IMG/VR virus record: IMGVR_UViG_3300033153_006809
Location: 1-59,973 of that record
Source: a virus
Taxonomy: Duplodnaviria > Caudoviricetes
Reading direction: 5' to 3' (one strand)
DNA length: 59,973 nucleotides
Shown: one piece after another, positions 38,714 to 48,760 of the stretch
How positions within the stretch are numbered: the stretch's first letter is position 1
Layout of the letters: each line of letters begins with the position of its first letter
Translations under genes and position numbers: made by a program
Notes under the pieces: generated by a model
Told to the model about the DNA's origin: nothing
Database searches by the model: none
What the model saw: only the letters and a program-made list of their open reading frames with translations

Positions 38714-39423
38714 AATTTATAATATTCCTTTATTTCTTTATGACCCATATGTAATATTATTTCATCACCTATACCACGATGTTCTCTACAAACATTCCAT
38801 TGTGGCGGAAGTATATGAGGAGTAAACTTATAACCATAATCCCACATAGTACGCCAAAATGATACAGTACCTCTTCCTTCTTTTTTTCTTCTTATACAAT
38901 AATCATTCAAAAATTTTCTTGCTATTTCATTATCTCTATGAAAACTCATTACACCTGTGTTTGCAGATAAACCAAAACCACCAGATTCATCTAATTGTTT
39001 ATCACTATCCAATCCTTTTAGTGTATCTTTGCGAACAACATATCTTGGATTTAATGGTGTACATAATCCAAATTTTTTAGTAAGTGGAATTATATATTTA
39101 ATATTAGGTGAGTATACATAAAAATCACTATCCATAGCAATAGATATCTCACTTGTGGATTCTAAAAGACCGTTATGTTTATAGTAATTACTTGACCTCC
39201 ATGCACTTCTTTTATTATTTTTAGCGATAAGCGGCACGATTTTTAATTCAAAATTCGGTATATTTAAATTCATATCCACATTAGAATATAAAGTAATTTT
39301 GGCTTTTGGAAAGTATTTTATAAATGTTGAAACTGTTGGATCAAGTCTAGAGAAACCATTCAAATTACCTCCACCACAATTTCTCCTTGCTATACCAAAT
39401 TCAGCTAAAATAAGATTTATCAT
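38710..39423 (-). CDS. Putative GT-A glycosyltransferase
   Basis: MDSD, NTGV, LPPQWN, ILH. Confidence 0.65.
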   Translation of the reverse strand: MINLILAEFGIARRNCGGGNLNGFSRLDPTVSTFIKYFPKAKITLYSNVDMNLNIPNFELKIVPLIAKNNKRSAWRSSNYYKHNGLLESTSEISIAMDSDFYVYSPNIKYIIPLTKKFGLCTPLNPRYVVRKDTLKGLDSDKQLDESGGFGLSANTGVMSFHRDNEIARKFLNDYCIRRKKEGRGTVSFWRTMWDYGYKFTPHILPPQWNVCREHRGIGDEIILHMGHKEIKEYYKL

Positions 39424-39424
39424 A

Positions 39425-40168
39425 TTACTCCATTATTTTCTTATAGATATTTTCCATAGTTCTTTTCATTTTACCTTTGAAATGAAGAATTTTATAATCA
39501 TTATCTTCTAATTTTTCCCACATTTCTTTATCAGCTTGCTTTATTGTTATTCTATCTGGTGCGCTGGGACAATAATTATATTTTGAACCTAAATCAATAA
39601 CATTACAATCAAAAGGCATTGATCCTTTATTATTATGCATAGCGCATAGAAAATCCTGATCCACCCACCACCATTTTCTTGGATTTCTATCTCGATTCCA
39701 TTTATTTCTAAAACCCACAAGTGGTCGCCATCTTGGATTATATATTTGTTCTATATAAAAATTCAACCATTTCTTTGATTTATCATTCCATCTCATACCA
39801 CAAGTGCCGGCATTTACTGAATAATGATAATCATAATGTCTTGATGTATAACAGACATCAAATTCTTTAATATCAAATATACTAAAGATATCATCTTTTA
39901 TTAACATATCAACATCTAATATATATATTCTATCACCCTCTTGGAACTTCTTTGATTCTCTTTGAACTCTTTCTATTTTACATGTTTGTATTCTATTATT
40001 CCATTCAATATCAGGTATATCAAAATATATAACATCATCCCTTTTAGCAAAATTACCATTGTGATTTAATATAACATTACAATCATTATATTTTTTTAGA
40101 GTATCCACCATCATATTAAAATACTTTTCTAAGTTTTTATCACATATAGTACATACCCAATTAGTCAT
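39425..40168 (-). CDS. GT8-like glycosyltransferase
   Basis: LDVD, VNAG, DQDFL, YN, ILHFKG. Confidence 0.8.
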   Translation of the reverse strand: MTNWVCTICDKNLEKYFNMMVDTLKKYNDCNVILNHNGNFAKRDDVIYFDIPDIEWNNRIQTCKIERVQRESKKFQEGDRIYILDVDMLIKDDIFSIFDIKEFDVCYTSRHYDYHYSVNAGTCGMRWNDKSKKWLNFYIEQIYNPRWRPLVGFRNKWNRDRNPRKWWWVDQDFLCAMHNNKGSMPFDCNVIDLGSKYNYCPSAPDRITIKQADKEMWEKLEDNDYKILHFKGKMKRTMENIYKKIME

Positions 40169-40177
40169 TTAATTTCC

Positions 40178-40849
40178 TTAGAATGGTTGTATATTGAAAT
40201 ATTTTTTTGATATATTCTTGATTTCATTATCAAATACACTTCTATAACTTTTATTATTTGTATATAATTTCCATCTTTCACTAGTTTTCATTTTACTAGC
40301 CTTACCATGATATTTTTTCATATCAAAACTACTACCTGCTCTACCTTCTATATCATCATATCCATTATCAGTAAATTCAAAACCTAAATTAAGAATCAAA
40401 TTTTTTCTATAACCTTTATTTTTACACCACTCATTGTAATTTATAACCTCACCATTATATAATATATGATTTTTCCATATATCTTTATTCCATCTTGGAT
40501 TGCCATAAGATTTCATTCTACTTGATATTAAATTGAATGGATCTCTAACAATTGTTGATGTTATTTCTTTTGCATCAAATAGAAAATTTTTTCTTTCTCT
40601 TAAATCATAAACTGGTTTATCTTCAAAATTAAATACTACTAAATTATGTTCTTCTATATTATATTTACTACCAACAATATGTTTTTGAAATTTTTTATTA
40701 TATGTATAAAATTCATTAGCTAACAATATTTCATCATTTTTATATAAACAACTATTAAAATGTATAGCACTTAATGATTGCTCACAAATCCAATTTATAA
40801 TAGCATGTTGTCCGCTTCTTTTCATAGAAAAAACAAATAGAATAATCAT
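40178..40849 (-). CDS. Sulfotransferase-like protein
   Basis: MKRSGQHAIINW, VRDPFNLISSR, INYNEW. Confidence 0.65.
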   Translation of the reverse strand: MIILFVFSMKRSGQHAIINWICEQSLSAIHFNSCLYKNDEILLANEFYTYNKKFQKHIVGSKYNIEEHNLVVFNFEDKPVYDLRERKNFLFDAKEITSTIVRDPFNLISSRMKSYGNPRWNKDIWKNHILYNGEVINYNEWCKNKGYRKNLILNLGFEFTDNGYDDIEGRAGSSFDMKKYHGKASKMKTSERWKLYTNNKSYRSVFDNEIKNISKKYFNIQPF

Positions 40850-41667
40850 TTCTTATTTTTTATATAACTTAATACTTTATTTGCTGACCGACTCCAAGAA
40901 AACTCACTAGCTTTATTTATAGCATTTTGAATATCCATATCATCAATAGCTTTTTTCAACACATCTATTATTTTATCTTTCTTGATATCAAATTTTGTAT
41001 GATCTAATTTTCTGAAATCTTTATTGACTAAATATCCCCTCGGAATAACTATATGAGAGCCAGACATTGCTGATTCAATTATTGAAAAACCACAAGATTC
41101 TGGATGAGTAACACAAAATATATTTGCTTTTCTATATAATATAACAACTTCCGGCCACGGTATATTTATAGGTAGTATTTTAAATTTAATTATGAAATCC
41201 TTTTGTAATTTTTTTATAGCGTCTTTATATAAATCAATTGATTTATTATAATGAAAATGTCTAGGATTATAATGAGGGTGGTCTATCAAAATATTTATTA
41301 CACCATCTTCTTTTTCTGGATAACAATAGTCTATATGAGCAGCCCACCATATTTTATTCATATTTTTTATCATTGAAAATTGTATCTCATTTCTTGCTGG
41401 TGGTGTAGTTTGATTGGCTATAGAATACATACGTTTATTAATAAGTATTCTATATAATTTTTGATTGAAACTTTGAAGTTTGGATAACTTAGCTAAAGAT
41501 ATGATAACATCATGTTGTGGTAAACCTTGAATGTTTTTTTCTCTGAAATCAATTGTTACAACTTCATTTTCTTTTTCAAATTCTTTTTTAAAAAAATGAC
41601 TACAGATTCCATGAAAATTTACAACTTCATCAATATTAAAATTTCGACCTATAAGCAGTATTTTCAT
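40846..41667 (-). CDS. GT-B (GT4-like) glycosyltransferase
   Basis: HPESCGFSIIESAMSG; FSW. Confidence 0.75.
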   Translation of the reverse strand: MKILLIGRNFNIDEVVNFHGICSHFFKKEFEKENEVVTIDFREKNIQGLPQHDVIISLAKLSKLQSFNQKLYRILINKRMYSIANQTTPPARNEIQFSMIKNMNKIWWAAHIDYCYPEKEDGVINILIDHPHYNPRHFHYNKSIDLYKDAIKKLQKDFIIKFKILPINIPWPEVVILYRKANIFCVTHPESCGFSIIESAMSGSHIVIPRGYLVNKDFRKLDHTKFDIKKDKIIDVLKKAIDDMDIQNAINKASEFSWSRSANKVLSYIKNKK

Positions 41668-42557
41668 ATGTTTAAAACTTCTTTAAACATAGTTCTATAA
41701 TTCTCTGCCATAATTTTCCATGTCCATGATTGCTCTATTGTTTTTCTAGCTTCATTTCCCATTTCTTGTAATAGATGTCTATCATTATTTAACAGCATAA
41801 TTTTTTTAGTATATTGATTTATATTTCTTTCTTTCAATAAAAAACCATTGACACCATCATTTATAAGTTGTGGCATATTTCCTATTCTATTACTAATTAA
41901 AACTTTACCACATGAAGCGGCTTCTAATGCTGGATTTGGTGTACCATCTGTTATACTGGCAACAAGCAAAATATTTATTTTACTATAAAAATCTACAATA
42001 TTATTTAATTTATCTGCATTTTTCCATGTTTTATTATTAGAAACCAATATAGCTTTTGCTCTTTGTACCGATGGTACAACAAAATTTTCAAAACCTTTAT
42101 CTGGAATAGATTTTCCAATAAAACCAACCTTAATCTTATTACTCTTTATCATTGAAGAAGGCTTAAATAATTTCTCATCAACACCATTTGGTGTATAATA
42201 AATATTATTATGGCTTTCATTCTTTTTCAATAGATTTAAAAATTGTTGAGAATTAGCATGCATACCTATAACTCTATCAGCAAGTGATCCTTTATTTTTT
42301 ATATGTTTCCTATATGCTGGCATTCCAGTAATACCTGTTATTATTCTATCTTTATCTATACCGTTTTTTTCTAAAAATTTTATATGAGTTGGTGTGTAAT
42401 TCATATATAAATCATAAGTATTTTTTACTTTATTATGTCCTTGTGTATAAAAAACATCAACTTTGAACTCATCAGACAAATATTTCTGTATATATTTAGA
42501 TTTGTATCCCCATGCCCAATTTGGAACATCGGCTATAAGTAATATTTTATACATCAT
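41664..42557 (-). CDS. GT4 glycosyltransferase
   Basis: PNGVD, DGTPNPALEAASCG, DGVNG, WTW. Confidence 0.9.
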   Translation of the reverse strand: MMYKILLIADVPNWAWGYKSKYIQKYLSDEFKVDVFYTQGHNKVKNTYDLYMNYTPTHIKFLEKNGIDKDRIITGITGMPAYRKHIKNKGSLADRVIGMHANSQQFLNLLKKNESHNNIYYTPNGVDEKLFKPSSMIKSNKIKVGFIGKSIPDKGFENFVVPSVQRAKAILVSNNKTWKNADKLNNIVDFYSKINILLVASITDGTPNPALEAASCGKVLISNRIGNMPQLINDGVNGFLLKERNINQYTKKIMLLNNDRHLLQEMGNEARKTIEQSWTWKIMAENYRTMFKEVLNI

Positions 42558-43491
42558 TTATCATCCTCATAAATTCTATAGCTCTAATTTTTGCAGTATG
42601 ATTTGAATGTATCATATCAAATCCATTATCAGATATGTGTTTTATATCATCCGATTTTAACCATTTTTCTACTAGGTTCTTTACATTTCCTTTTACTTCA
42701 ACCATGTTTTCATTTGGTTTAAACCCAAGCTCACCCATTTCAGGTATATAATCAGAAAATAACACAGATCTACAAGATGGTATTTCAAAAAATTTTAATA
42801 CAACATAATTTACTAATGAACTACAAGTAAATGTTATCTTAGAACTATTTATCAGTTTAGCATAGTCAACACTAACTGGCCATTTTTTTACTTTTTTTAT
42901 AGTTTCTAGTGGTCTATCTATACTTGTATAGTATGATTGACCATTAAGTTTTCTATGTATTTTATTTCTTAATTTATATATTCCATTACCACCTTTACGA
43001 CCACCTTTACTACCTATCATCAACGCATCTATTTTCTTTTCTAATTTATAATCTTTAAATATAAGAGGATCTATAGAATGTGGAAGCCATCTTATTTTAG
43101 ATTTTTTTAGATGTGGATGTCTTTGAAGAATACCAGTTTTATATCTGGTAAAGAAAATATCAAATCCATCATCAAGATATTTTTTTGAAAATTGTGGATT
43201 TGGTCCGTGCTGATCTTCTATTAGTAACCCTTTAGGCACATCAATTTTATTCCATTTTTCATTAGTAAATGCAAACGGTGCATCAACCATAATAAAATCA
43301 AATTCATTAGCAAATTTAACATCAACTACATCATCATCAATTACTTTAAATCTTTGATATTTACTAGCTAACATATTTATTTTCTTACGAATAAAAGAAA
43401 CATCAGATAATTTCGCAACCTCTTCCTGTAAAGGTTCAAATATTCTTGAAACTCTATTACTTCTATCTACAGTAACCCATAATATTTTCAA
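42547..43491 (-). CDS. CgeB-like glycosyltransferase
   Basis: WLPHSID, YAKLINSSKI, KFFEIP, GF..IH.NHT...RA. Confidence 0.8.
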   Translation of the reverse strand: MKILWVTVDRSNRVSRIFEPLQEEVAKLSDVSFIRKKINMLASKYQRFKVIDDDVVDVKFANEFDFIMVDAPFAFTNEKWNKIDVPKGLLIEDQHGPNPQFSKKYLDDGFDIFFTRYKTGILQRHPHLKKSKIRWLPHSIDPLIFKDYKLEKKIDALMIGSKGGRKGGNGIYKLRNKIHRKLNGQSYYTSIDRPLETIKKVKKWPVSVDYAKLINSSKITFTCSSLVNYVVLKFFEIPSCRSVLFSDYIPEMGELGFKPNENMVEVKGNVKNLVEKWLKSDDIKHISDNGFDMIHSNHTAKIRAIEFMRMINDV

Positions 43492-44315
43492 ATTCGTTTA
43501 CCCCACTTTTTAAAAAATCTTTTACCACTATTAATTGCATGTTGTTTATTATGTCTTATAGATTCATATTCTATTGTGTTATCATTATTACTATTGATTG
43601 CATAATAATCTTTTATAGCCAATATTGCCAGTTTCCATCCAGCTTTTCTCATCTGCATACAAAAATCAATATCACCCCAACCAATAAAATATCCTGGATC
43701 AAGATCGGATGTTTCAAATACCTCTCTTCTCATTACCATAGTTGCTGATCCCATTGCATCAACATAACCAAATGGTGATTTTGGTTTTCTATATATCATA
43801 TTTTTATTACCAATTTCCCATGCATTTAGATTAGGATAACACCATATATCAACAGCACCTATCTCCGGATTATCTTCAAGAATAGAAATTTGAGCTTCTA
43901 TAGAACCTGGTGGGAAATACATATCATCATCTGTAGTCATTATATAAGGTGTATTAAAATCTAAAGCTTTATGAACCATATCGTGTCGTGGTATACCAGT
44001 TCCAAAATTACCTTCATTATAAAAAATTTTGGATTTATTAAAATTTTTATTTGAATACTCTTCTATAAGTTGTTTCTGTCTTTTACTTATTTTCTCAGAT
44101 CCTTGTACATTTAATGATAAATTTGATTTTATATATATATGTTGTCCCCAGTGATTCATCATAGATAACAATTTATCTATTCTATATAAAGATAACATAG
44201 CAACACTAATCATTGGTTTCCTTTTATTCAGAACTCTTCTAACGGTATCACAATTAAACCCATCCCATAATTCACATATTTTCTTTTCAATATTTATTTT
44301 AGATATTTTGGTCAT
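43488..44315 (-). CDS. GT2 glycosyltransferase
   Basis: TDDD, YFIGWGDIDFC, F.KKWG. Confidence 0.85.
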   Translation of the reverse strand: MTKISKINIEKKICELWDGFNCDTVRRVLNKRKPMISVAMLSLYRIDKLLSMMNHWGQHIYIKSNLSLNVQGSEKISKRQKQLIEEYSNKNFNKSKIFYNEGNFGTGIPRHDMVHKALDFNTPYIMTTDDDMYFPPGSIEAQISILEDNPEIGAVDIWCYPNLNAWEIGNKNMIYRKPKSPFGYVDAMGSATMVMRREVFETSDLDPGYFIGWGDIDFCMQMRKAGWKLAILAIKDYYAINSNNDNTIEYESIRHNKQHAINSGKRFFKKWGKRI

Positions 44316-45126
44316 TATTTCTTCTTAAAGCCTCTGTTTTCATTTTTTGAGTCCATTTAATATTACTTTTGTATTTCATAAAATCAATATATTCTGCATT
44401 TTCATATCCCCACATATCCCCAATTTCTTTTAATATATTATCCCAATCCTTTTTTGATAATAATAACATATCCCATATTATTAATTGTTTTTCACTTATT
44501 CTTGGTATATTCTTTTCATGCCATAAATGAAACACCACAGCATTTATATAAGAAAAACTATACCCATATATTTTTAGTTTTATAAGAAATGAATTATCAG
44601 GACCACCCCAAGTTCCTTTAAAATCCTCTGGTATACCTTTGACTCTATAAAATATATCTTTTGGGCAATAAAAAACACCACCAGCAGCGCCCATCATAGA
44701 TGGAGTTTTTATTTTTTCAATTTTTATATCTTTATTGTTACCATTTATAAGTTCTTTAGTAGATTCTTTACTTATATATAGCATTTCATTCCACGCCACA
44801 CATGGAATATCAACATTTTCAATACTATCCCACCAATTTTTACTGATTAAAATATCAGCATCCATTAAAACCAATCTATCATTAGTGGATAATAATCTCA
44901 CACCTCTATTAAGTGACCATCCACGATGCATTATACCATCATACTTATCAAATCTATATTTTATATCTTTTGGTAAATTGTTTAGATATTGTTTAGTACC
45001 GCTTTCATGAATACATATTTCAACTTCATCAGCATTATATGTTCTCAATGATTCTATACATTTCATTAAAAGCATATATCTATTCCGTGTATGCATGTAT
45101 GGTATAACAACAGATATTGGTATCAA
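44299..45126 (-). CDS. GT2/GT7-like glycosyltransferase
   Basis: ISVVIPY, MDAD, WGGPD, HLWH. Confidence 0.85.
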   Translation of the reverse strand: MIPISVVIPYMHTRNRYMLLMKCIESLRTYNADEVEICIHESGTKQYLNNLPKDIKYRFDKYDGIMHRGWSLNRGVRLLSTNDRLVLMDADILISKNWWDSIENVDIPCVAWNEMLYISKESTKELINGNNKDIKIEKIKTPSMMGAAGGVFYCPKDIFYRVKGIPEDFKGTWGGPDNSFLIKLKIYGYSFSYINAVVFHLWHEKNIPRISEKQLIIWDMLLLSKKDWDNILKEIGDMWGYENAEYIDFMKYKSNIKWTQKMKTEALRRNNDQNI

Positions 45127-45180
45127 AATTTTTTCATATCAAGTATAACTTTATCTCCATTAACTTTTGAAATCACAAAT

Positions 45181-46344
45181 TTACCTCCACTTTATTTTTG
45201 GCATCACAACACTTCTTAAAGGTTCTAATCTCTTTTTATAAGGTAGAAGATAATTAAACATATATTCTATTTCTTGTTTAATAGTTCTAGTTGGGACATA
45301 CCCCATTTTTTTCAATATATCAGTTTTATAATTATAGTAGTGATTACCAGTATACTCATTTCTTGGTGAATCTATATGCTGTTTTTTAACATCTAATTCA
45401 AATTTATCACCAACTTCAACCACCATATCAGCAATATCATTCATTGAGTGCCATTCTGATAATTGATTCCATACTTGAACTCTACCTTGATCTGGCTCAT
45501 TATTTACAGCTATCATTAGAGCCTGTATACTATCATTAAGTGATAAAAATCCTCTTTGATGATTTCCCTCTCCATATATTGTAAGTGGCTCACCAAGAAT
45601 AGATTGTATAACAAACCTATGTATTACTGTGCCTCCAGCTTCATCGCTATCTAATCTACTCCATAATTTAGATTTATCTATATCATCAGTATACATACCA
45701 AAAACAATAGATTGCATAACATCTGTACATTTCATTTGCCATGCTCTTGATATAAAATCAATTAAATATGTTGATGCGACTTTTGATGTATGATATATTG
45801 AACCAGAGCGACGTGGAAAAATCATTTCATTAGATATTCTATCTTTCCATTTCATTTTACAATATCCTTCATAGATAGGAATATTAGAATAATGATCATA
45901 TTCACCAGTTGTTCCTATAGTTATATAATGAGCATCTGGTAAATGCTCTTTCATCAACCATAAAACATTATTGGTTCCTATTATATTATTTGTTAATGTT
46001 ATATTAGCATGTTTGTGGGATTTTTGACTATATGGTGCGGAAGGTATATGTGCGAGATTTATTACAATGCTAGCATTGCTTTTCTCCATCATATATTCTA
46101 GAGGTTGTATATTATTAACAATATTAAACTCATAAAATAACACATCACCCATTGGTTTTAAAAAATGTCTTCTATATGGATCTATTTTTGTGGCGGATAT
46201 TGAATTCATATCCTCTCTAATCCACTTAGATCTCATATAATTATCAACTGCAAAAACTTTATATCCGGAATTTAGTAATCTTTGTATAAGAGCATTACCA
46301 ATATAGCCGTCGTAACCCAACAATATTACATTTTTTTCATTCAT
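45181..46344 (-). CDS. sqdB: UDP-sulfoquinovose synthase-like enzyme
   Basis: GYDGYIG, SAPYS, GTTGEY, SIYHTSK, TD.MQ..VFG, RLD.DE..GTVIHRF..Q...G.PLTIYG match SQD1/Agl3 patterns. Confidence 0.88.
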   Translation of the reverse strand: MNEKNVILLGYDGYIGNALIQRLLNSGYKVFAVDNYMRSKWIREDMNSISATKIDPYRRHFLKPMGDVLFYEFNIVNNIQPLEYMMEKSNASIVINLAHIPSAPYSQKSHKHANITLTNNIIGTNNVLWLMKEHLPDAHYITIGTTGEYDHYSNIPIYEGYCKMKWKDRISNEMIFPRRSGSIYHTSKVASTYLIDFISRAWQMKCTDVMQSIVFGMYTDDIDKSKLWSRLDSDEAGGTVIHRFVIQSILGEPLTIYGEGNHQRGFLSLNDSIQALMIAVNNEPDQGRVQVWNQLSEWHSMNDIADMVVEVGDKFELDVKKQHIDSPRNEYTGNHYYNYKTDILKKMGYVPTRTIKQEIEYMFNYLLPYKKRLEPLRSVVMPKIKWR

Positions 46345-46357
46345 TCATTACACCTCT

Positions 46358-46951
46358 TTACATTTTATTTTTTATTAGAACAACTCTATTTAACCATCCT
46401 CTAGCAAATCTTTCTTGTTCTGTTGATTTTTTCATAAACTCTATATAGTGGTTTCCCTGAAGAATATTTATGATTTTTATCAGATAGTTTGATGAATCTT
46501 TAATAAAATATTTCTCTAAAGCTTCAATTGTCTTATCACCAACTTTACCATCAACAACTATATCATTATATAATGATTGATTTCTATTCATAGCATTTAA
46601 AGCAATCTGTAAGAATTTACCAGATCTATAATACCCCATATTTACAGAAATATCAAATAATTCGTTTGCTAAATCTTGGCTCAATATATCATCTAACAAT
46701 AGAGTATCCCAATATATATCTTTATAACGTTTTTTTACTAACTGATCAAGTATTATATTATTGACAAGACATTCTGGAAAAACATGTGATAAATCAGATT
46801 TCATGGTATCTATAATCAACCATCCAGCCCAAGTTTTTGAATATCTTCTAGCTATGCCTTTATACGTTTCACCGCCTCTATCAATTGGATCATTTGAGTA
46901 ACCACCCTCATATCCAAGGACAAATTCATATGCGTTTTCAAATTCAGGCAT
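46358..46951 (-). CDS. GH108 endolysin with PG-binding C-terminus
   Basis: Likely start MPEF at 46951; EGGYSNDP.D.GGET..GI, VNMG, VDG.VG..T, F..GWL.R. Confidence 0.9.
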   Translation of the reverse strand: MPEFENAYEFVLGYEGGYSNDPIDRGGETYKGIARRYSKTWAGWLIIDTMKSDLSHVFPECLVNNIILDQLVKKRYKDIYWDTLLLDDILSQDLANELFDISVNMGYYRSGKFLQIALNAMNRNQSLYNDIVVDGKVGDKTIEALEKYFIKDSSNYLIKIINILQGNHYIEFMKKSTEQERFARGWLNRVVLIKNKM

Positions 46952-47150
46952 TTTTTTCACCATCTTCAAAACCAAGTTTATATGCCTTTTCAATTGCAGA
47001 TGGAACCCAATTCCAATCACGAACAAAACTACTATCTTCTGGTTCACCACCATCATATTCTTCTTGTATGATTTCACCATTATGTATAATTCTCATCACA
47101 TATCTATCATCCCATTTACTCTCTTCTAATTCTAACGTTGTCTTTAACAT
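46944..47150 (-). CDS. Hypothetical protein
   Basis: DGGEPED..F.RDW.WV; AGGAG SD. Confidence 0.65.
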   Translation of the reverse strand: MLKTTLELEESKWDDRYVMRIIHNGEIIQEEYDGGEPEDSSFVRDWNWVPSAIEKAYKLGFEDGEKNA

Positions 47151-47165
47151 TTTTTCTTCACACTC

Positions 47166-47357
47166 CTATACTTTTAATATTTTTTTGATTGCTGTTTTGA
47201 TATCTTTATATTCCTTATTTGAAATATTATCATATGATACTTCTTGAGCTAATATGTTACCAATTTTAGCCATTAACATATCTCTAATTTCACGAGGCTC
47301 TGCCCCACCAGAGGTTTGTAATTTCTTTTCATCTAAATATTTTTCTATTTTATCCAT
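47166..47357 (-). CDS. Small protein with KIEKYLDE N-terminus
   Basis: AAGGAG SD before MDKIEKYLDE at 47357. Confidence 0.65.
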   Translation of the reverse strand: MDKIEKYLDEKKLQTSGGAEPREIRDMLMAKIGNILAQEVSYDNISNKEYKDIKTAIKKILKV

Positions 47358-47577
47358 TTTTATCACTCCTTTGTCTTTTATTCCAATCATCATCACAGTG
47401 CTTCATAAAATTTTTATCTAACATATCAATAGCTTTTGTTAAACAACCTTTACAATAAACACCATTAGTAACGTATATATATTGTTCAGCTAAACTAGCA
47501 CAACCATCACATTTTACATCTGTTGCAAAACTATCACCTTTATCAAATTTTCTAAAATTTTCTAATATATCCCACAC
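47350..47577 (-). CDS. Zinc-finger hypothetical protein
   Basis: CDGC...CKGC. Confidence 0.6.
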   Translation of the reverse strand: MWDILENFRKFDKGDSFATDVKCDGCASLAEQYIYVTNGVYCKGCLTKAIDMLDKNFMKHCDDDWNKRQRSDKNG

Positions 47578-47669
47578 AGCATGATCTCCTTTTGATTAAA
47601 TATTGGTCCCACCTACGTTACGAATCCCACCACACCTTGAGCCTCCACGATCACGGATTCACCATTATT

Positions 47670-48749
47670 TTAATATACTTTTATAAATGTTGAACTAAAC
47701 TCACTTGCAGATGATGCACCAACAAAGAAAGTATTGATAATATCATCAGCCTTACCTTTATTACTATTTAAGAAAGCACCTAACTCTAAAGAATGAATAA
47801 TTGACTGCCAATATCCTATTCTATCTTGAATATTATTCTTTCTTTTTTCCCATCCTTGAGCCATTTGTTTATCAGAAAAATTATAACCACATTGTTTCCA
47901 AAGATTTTGAACTGATTTTATGAGTTGATCATCTGTTTGATCACCAATTCTTTTTTTTGTTAATTGTGGTATATTATTATCTTTTATAGCTTTCTTCAAT
48001 ATTGTAGATGGAACCTTTCCATGTCTTGCAGCACCACCAACCATTACTATTTCACCAGTTATATCAGCTTGATTTGATATTCTAAAACTTCTAAAATTTA
48101 TTCCTGTACCAGTTTTAATAGTCATAACCATAGAACCCGTAGGTAAAACATCTCTAGGTTTTTTAATAGATTTATATCCAACGGGTTCATGTTTTATTTT
48201 TGGAGAAGATAAAACAACCTTAGCACTTTTACCAACCATTTTCAATGATATACCAACTAGTTTACCATTGTTCAAATTTTTCTCAATCCAATCATTAAAT
48301 TCAATAATAGTATTAAATTTTGGAACAGAAGACATTGTAGTGGCCCATATATCAGAAGGATTCCATTTATCACCACCAATCCTAACGCCTTCTTGTTTCA
48401 ATAAAACTAAAGCCTGTTCATATATAGAATTCATGAATGGTGATCCTCTATGAAAGACATAGTTGTTTTTCTTTAAATATCCAGATTTTTTACAAGTATT
48501 TGTTGATGCAACAATAGAATCAACCCATTTACTATTATCAAATATCCAATCAAATAATGTATTATCAGGTGTATCAATTGTACAATATTTTGCATAAGCA
48601 TCAATAAAAAAACCAGGTTCAAGAACATCATTCCTGGTTATATCTTTTTTAGTCATTTGTCTCATAGCATAGGCAACACAATGAACACACTCTTGTAATC
48701 TTGTAGTTGTTGAAGCATCAGCCTCTATTAAATATTCTTCAAATCTCAT
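47670..48749 (-). CDS. Putative PD-(D/E)XK-fold nuclease
   Basis: N-terminal QE helix, KWNPSDIW...LVGISLK; N-terminus MRFEEYLIE. Confidence 0.55.
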   Translation of the reverse strand: MRFEEYLIEADASTTTRLQECVHCVAYAMRQMTKKDITRNDVLEPGFFIDAYAKYCTIDTPDNTLFDWIFDNSKWVDSIVASTNTCKKSGYLKKNNYVFHRGSPFMNSIYEQALVLLKQEGVRIGGDKWNPSDIWATTMSSVPKFNTIIEFNDWIEKNLNNGKLVGISLKMVGKSAKVVLSSPKIKHEPVGYKSIKKPRDVLPTGSMVMTIKTGTGINFRSFRISNQADITGEIVMVGGAARHGKVPSTILKKAIKDNNIPQLTKKRIGDQTDDQLIKSVQNLWKQCGYNFSDKQMAQGWEKRKNNIQDRIGYWQSIIHSLELGAFLNSNKGKADDIINTFFVGASSASEFSSTFIKVY

Positions 48750-48760
48750 AATTATTACCT

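Noticed and set aside
46952-47080. Hydrophobic N-terminal extension on the endolysin (SAR-like anchor)
   Set aside because: It overlaps a credible upstream ORF in another frame, and the GH108 domain starts at MPEF (46951)
47604-47664. Canonical tRNA gene
   Set aside because: Too short; acceptor and T stems do not pair; kept only as an unexplained element
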